From: Bugula neritina
Taxonomy: Eukaryota; Animalia; Bryozoa
Length of the DNA stretch: 64,000 nt
NCBI GenBank assembly: GCA_964035545.1
Contig: OZ037770.1
Span: 11,428,463 to 11,492,462, forward strand
Reading direction: 5' to 3'
The notes below the pieces were generated by a model. The model did not search any database, had not been told where the DNA came from, and worked only from the letters and a program-made list of their open reading frames with translations. This document shows, piece after piece, positions 60,607 through 64,000 of this stretch. How positions within the stretch are numbered: the stretch's first letter is position 1; every line of letters starts with the position of its first letter. Both the position numbers and the translations under genes were made by a program.

Positions 60607-63138
60607 ATGGCTGCAGCAGAAGAAGTTGAGTGTGGATTCTGTTTATTAAAAGAAGATTTAGAGAATCCCAAGTGTCTACCATGTGGTCATGTACACTGTT
60701 TACTGTGTCTTACTCGTAATGTTGATGTGAATGACATGATCAGGTGTCTCTGGTGTAGGTAAGTTAGTTTTGTATAGGCAGATCTGAGATATACTGTTGG
60801 TAGAAAAATAGTGATTTACATCATGTGTTTTATCTTATACTGAATTTTTACATTACGTTATATATAGTTTCAATTATTACTAGATAATTATGTGTCTTGT
60901 CACAGGGAAGTGTTTGATGTGAGAGTGGAGAATCTTCCATCTGCTGATGTAGTAGACAACTCCGTATCATGTGACGTCTGCACTAAGAAAGGGATAGAGA
61001 AAGTACCAGCAGTTATATACTGTACTGTGTGCCGTAAACTCTTCTGCAGAAAACATGATGAGGTGATACTTTCATTAAATATTTCTTCAGTTGATATTCA
61101 ACACTGCATACACTAACTCAGCCTCTGATTACATATTGTTATACTTGAATGTTGGTTTGTCAGAAAACATTTAGAACTCATATTTTACTTTTGTTTTTTG
61201 TTTTTCAATAAATGTATATTCTGCTATATTCAGTCACATGATGACACCAATGATGACCACCAGAAGATGACCATCTCGGACTACAGAATACAAGCCAAGA
61301 GATTGGAGAAAAGAGTTTGTCCTAAACACACTGCATATCCCTACATACAAGGATGTAAAGTCTGTTTACAGCTGTTCTGTTTAAAGTGTGTCTCTTCAGA
61401 CAACTTGTGTGTTGGAGGTAAGAAAATTCTGCTGCAGTTATCTGCTAAAGTTTAGTAAATTTAACAAACAACAAGACCTCCTCCGTAGGAGAGCAACAGT
61501 GGTGTAGTCGTTAGAGCACTGGTCAATGGTTTGGAGTCTTAGTGAAGGCCATTGGTGATGCTAGGAAGAGCGTTCAGTCATAATTATTTTATTGCCACAA
61601 TAGAAAACAATACTTTAACCTACTTCCATTAGATGTTTTTTTGTTTTCATCAATATATATATACATAAAGTAAAAAAAATACAAGGGATCACCCAAAGGA
61701 GGTAATGATGAGGCCCAATAGTGCGCCATAGCAGAGGTTAGTCAAAGCCAGAGCCTGAATTGATTAACAATTAGTCAGTTAAGTTAGTCAAGTTATGTGA
61801 ATCAAGTTAAGTCCGTTAAGTAAGTCAGTAAAGTAAGTCAGTTAAGTTAAGTCATAACTCTCCGGCAAGAATGCAAAACCTCACACCCGCCCTGAATGCA
61901 CCAGGATTAGACTGATATTTAAGCTCAGGTTTTAACCTGTTCCATAGCACTGACTCCCGATATCATGTACTTCTTTGACCTGCAATGGTAGGGAAAAAAG
62001 GAACGGGAAGATTTGATATTGAGAAGCGTGTACTGTAGGAGTGAACAATTAAACTTTTGTAAAAAATTTTTGCAGTATATTTTTAAAAAAGATTTTTTGC
62101 ATCACACAGCCCCTCTGACAGGAGTGGCTGTTATAAACCATTTGAGTTTTATGACCTCCTCAGTAGATCTGAGATTAAATTAAATTAAATCAATGGTAGA
62201 GTTTGAGTCAATGTGATATTAAACGATCTGTTTTATTATTGCTTTCAGAATTATTATGTTTTCATAGCTTTTTGTTATGTCATTGAGGAATTAAAATAAC
62301 CTTACCTATGTGATAACTCTATCCAGCAGGCTGTAATGCGAAAAATTGTTTCTGTATATAATATTAGTTTGTTGTTCATCCAGTAGTCTTAGCATGTAGT
62401 GATATTTCAACTTCTCACTACCTTCTTGTTATGTAGTACTGGTTACTTGACTGTCTAACTACTGTAAGGTTATATTACTGTAGTGCTATCAGGTTATTGA
62501 AATGTGGGCTTTTTTCATTTACTTTCATTTAAATTCTAGATTCTAAACACGACATGGTTAATCTAGATGACTTAATCAAAGAGCTTATCAATATAGATGA
62601 TCTTCTCACCACTGAAGACAAGATGTCTGCTTTCTTCAAACACCTTTCTAAAACTGTGTCAGACTTTGAGAATGAGACGGAGGAATTGCTGAATATTCTT
62701 CATACACAGCGTGATGAACAGGTTCTGTGTTTATAGAAATACTTTGTGTTAGTCTGTAATCTACATTCTGTAGTCAGGTGTTAGTACAACATTGCAATAC
62801 TAATACTTAAGAGTAACAGTTAGGTGACTAGCTACTATTCTGTTTTGACTTTAGAATTTAGAAATGTTAAGCAGAAGATATGTGCAGTTTTTTAACTCAG
62901 TTTTGGAAAACTTTTTTCTAATAAGTTGTCAATATTCTACAATGTGATGATACAATGTATGATGTAGTTGACTGAAGTGAGACTAAAGTATGAGAAACTG
63001 GAGATGGAATTCTTAGCTAGTAGAAACAAGACTAAAGAGGAGCTGAACCGATACATGGAAAGAGAAGTTGAAACTGTTTTGTCTCAACTGAGTAACAGTA
63101 GAATGAAGATAGAAGCTCAACTTCGACAAAACCATCAG
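60607..63138 (+). CDS. TRIM-NHL-like copy 6, partial (exons 1-5; continues beyond the window)
   Basis: Exons 60607-60758, 60906-61062, 61234-61417, 62540-62721, 62968-63138. Introns 3 and 5 closely match copy 4. Confidence 0.82.
61635..62060 (-). mobile_element. Paralogous LINE fragment in copy 6 intron 3, further deleted
   Basis: Aligns with 35130-35558. Confidence 0.65.
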
Positions 63139-63354
63139 GTGAGCAGTGTTTATGAAATATATTTATAATAGGTCTTTAAAAATAACTAAGCTTATTATTG
63201 TCATTTATTTCTGTTTCAGATTTACTTCAATATTAAAAAAAAGTGAAAATAAAATAATTTACACAACTTATTGTTTTACATTTGCTGCAACTATCTTCAC
63301 ACCAGCCTTGATTATTCACTTCGTTTACAGCTGTAAAAATGTTAACAATCTGCA

Positions 63355-63741
63355 AGCTAAGACATCATATCTGTATAGCTATAACATCATATCCGTATAG
63401 TTATGGCATCATATCTGTATAGTTATGGCATTATATCTGTATAGTTATGATATCATAGCTGTATAGTTATGACATCATAGCTGTATAGTTATGACATCAT
63501 ATCTGTATAGTTATGACATCATAGCTGTATAGTTATGACATCATATCCGTATAGTTATGGCATCATATCTGTATAGTTATGGCATCATATCTGTATAGTT
63601 ATGATATCATAGCTGTATAGTTATGACATCATAGCTGTATAGTTATGACAGCATATCTGTATAGTTATGACATCATAGCTGTATAGTTATGACATCATAG
63701 CTGTATAGTTGTGACATCATAGCTGTATAGTCATGACATCA
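63355..63741 (+). repeat. 22-bp minisatellite, about 17 units, copy 6
   Basis: Same unit. Confidence 0.92.
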
Positions 63742-64000
63742 TGATTATACAATTTTGTCAGCCCAAGTAAAGTTGTAGAGCTTAAGACTTGGCTTAAAGC
63801 AAGACTTGAATTTGTGAATGTCACAATTTCCACCTCTAAATTCCACATTACAACTACACTTTGAAATAAAATACAATGTATAGTTTATATTTGTATCTGT
63901 TAGTCGCCACATTTGTGTTCCGTGTGTACCATATGTATTATAATTGGTAATGTTGACATTTTTATGCATATCATTATGTAAACATCCACAGGGCTGACAA

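Noticed and set aside
876-63138. One gene with Dscam-like mutually exclusive exon clusters
   Set aside because: Each unit has its own ATG, full exon set and stop. Cross-copy splicing is phase-compatible but unsupported by sequence alone.

Overview
AT-rich, intron-containing metazoan DNA, most likely from an invertebrate; the species cannot be determined from the sequence. The window is a head-to-tail tandem array of six paralogous 8-exon TRIM-family genes on the + strand (RING-HC, two B-boxes, coiled coil, NHL-like six-bladed beta-propeller; about 586-604 aa). Copies 1, 3, 4 and 5 reconstruct as intact ORFs. Copy 2 is split in exon 7 by a 2.44-kb foldback DNA transposon, and copy 6 runs off the window end after exon 5. 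RING and coiled-coil exons are almost invariant, while substitutions and in-frame indels cluster in the propeller loops. The copies are recombinational mosaics, and four carry a palindromic NF-kB-type site 1.25-1.6 kb upstream of the ATG. Together these suggest a diversifying, immune-inducible TRIM receptor cluster (inference). The array also holds a young, intact 8-kb Ty3/Gypsy LTR element (gag, -1 frameshifted pol, and an unusual non-env third ORF with C2H2 zinc fingers and a coiled coil), a 5.3-kb Kolobok-like derivative, Harbinger-type MITEs, several solo LTRs, a LINE fragment, and two copy-number-variable minisatellites flanking exon 6, one of which multiplies the exon-6 splice donor.
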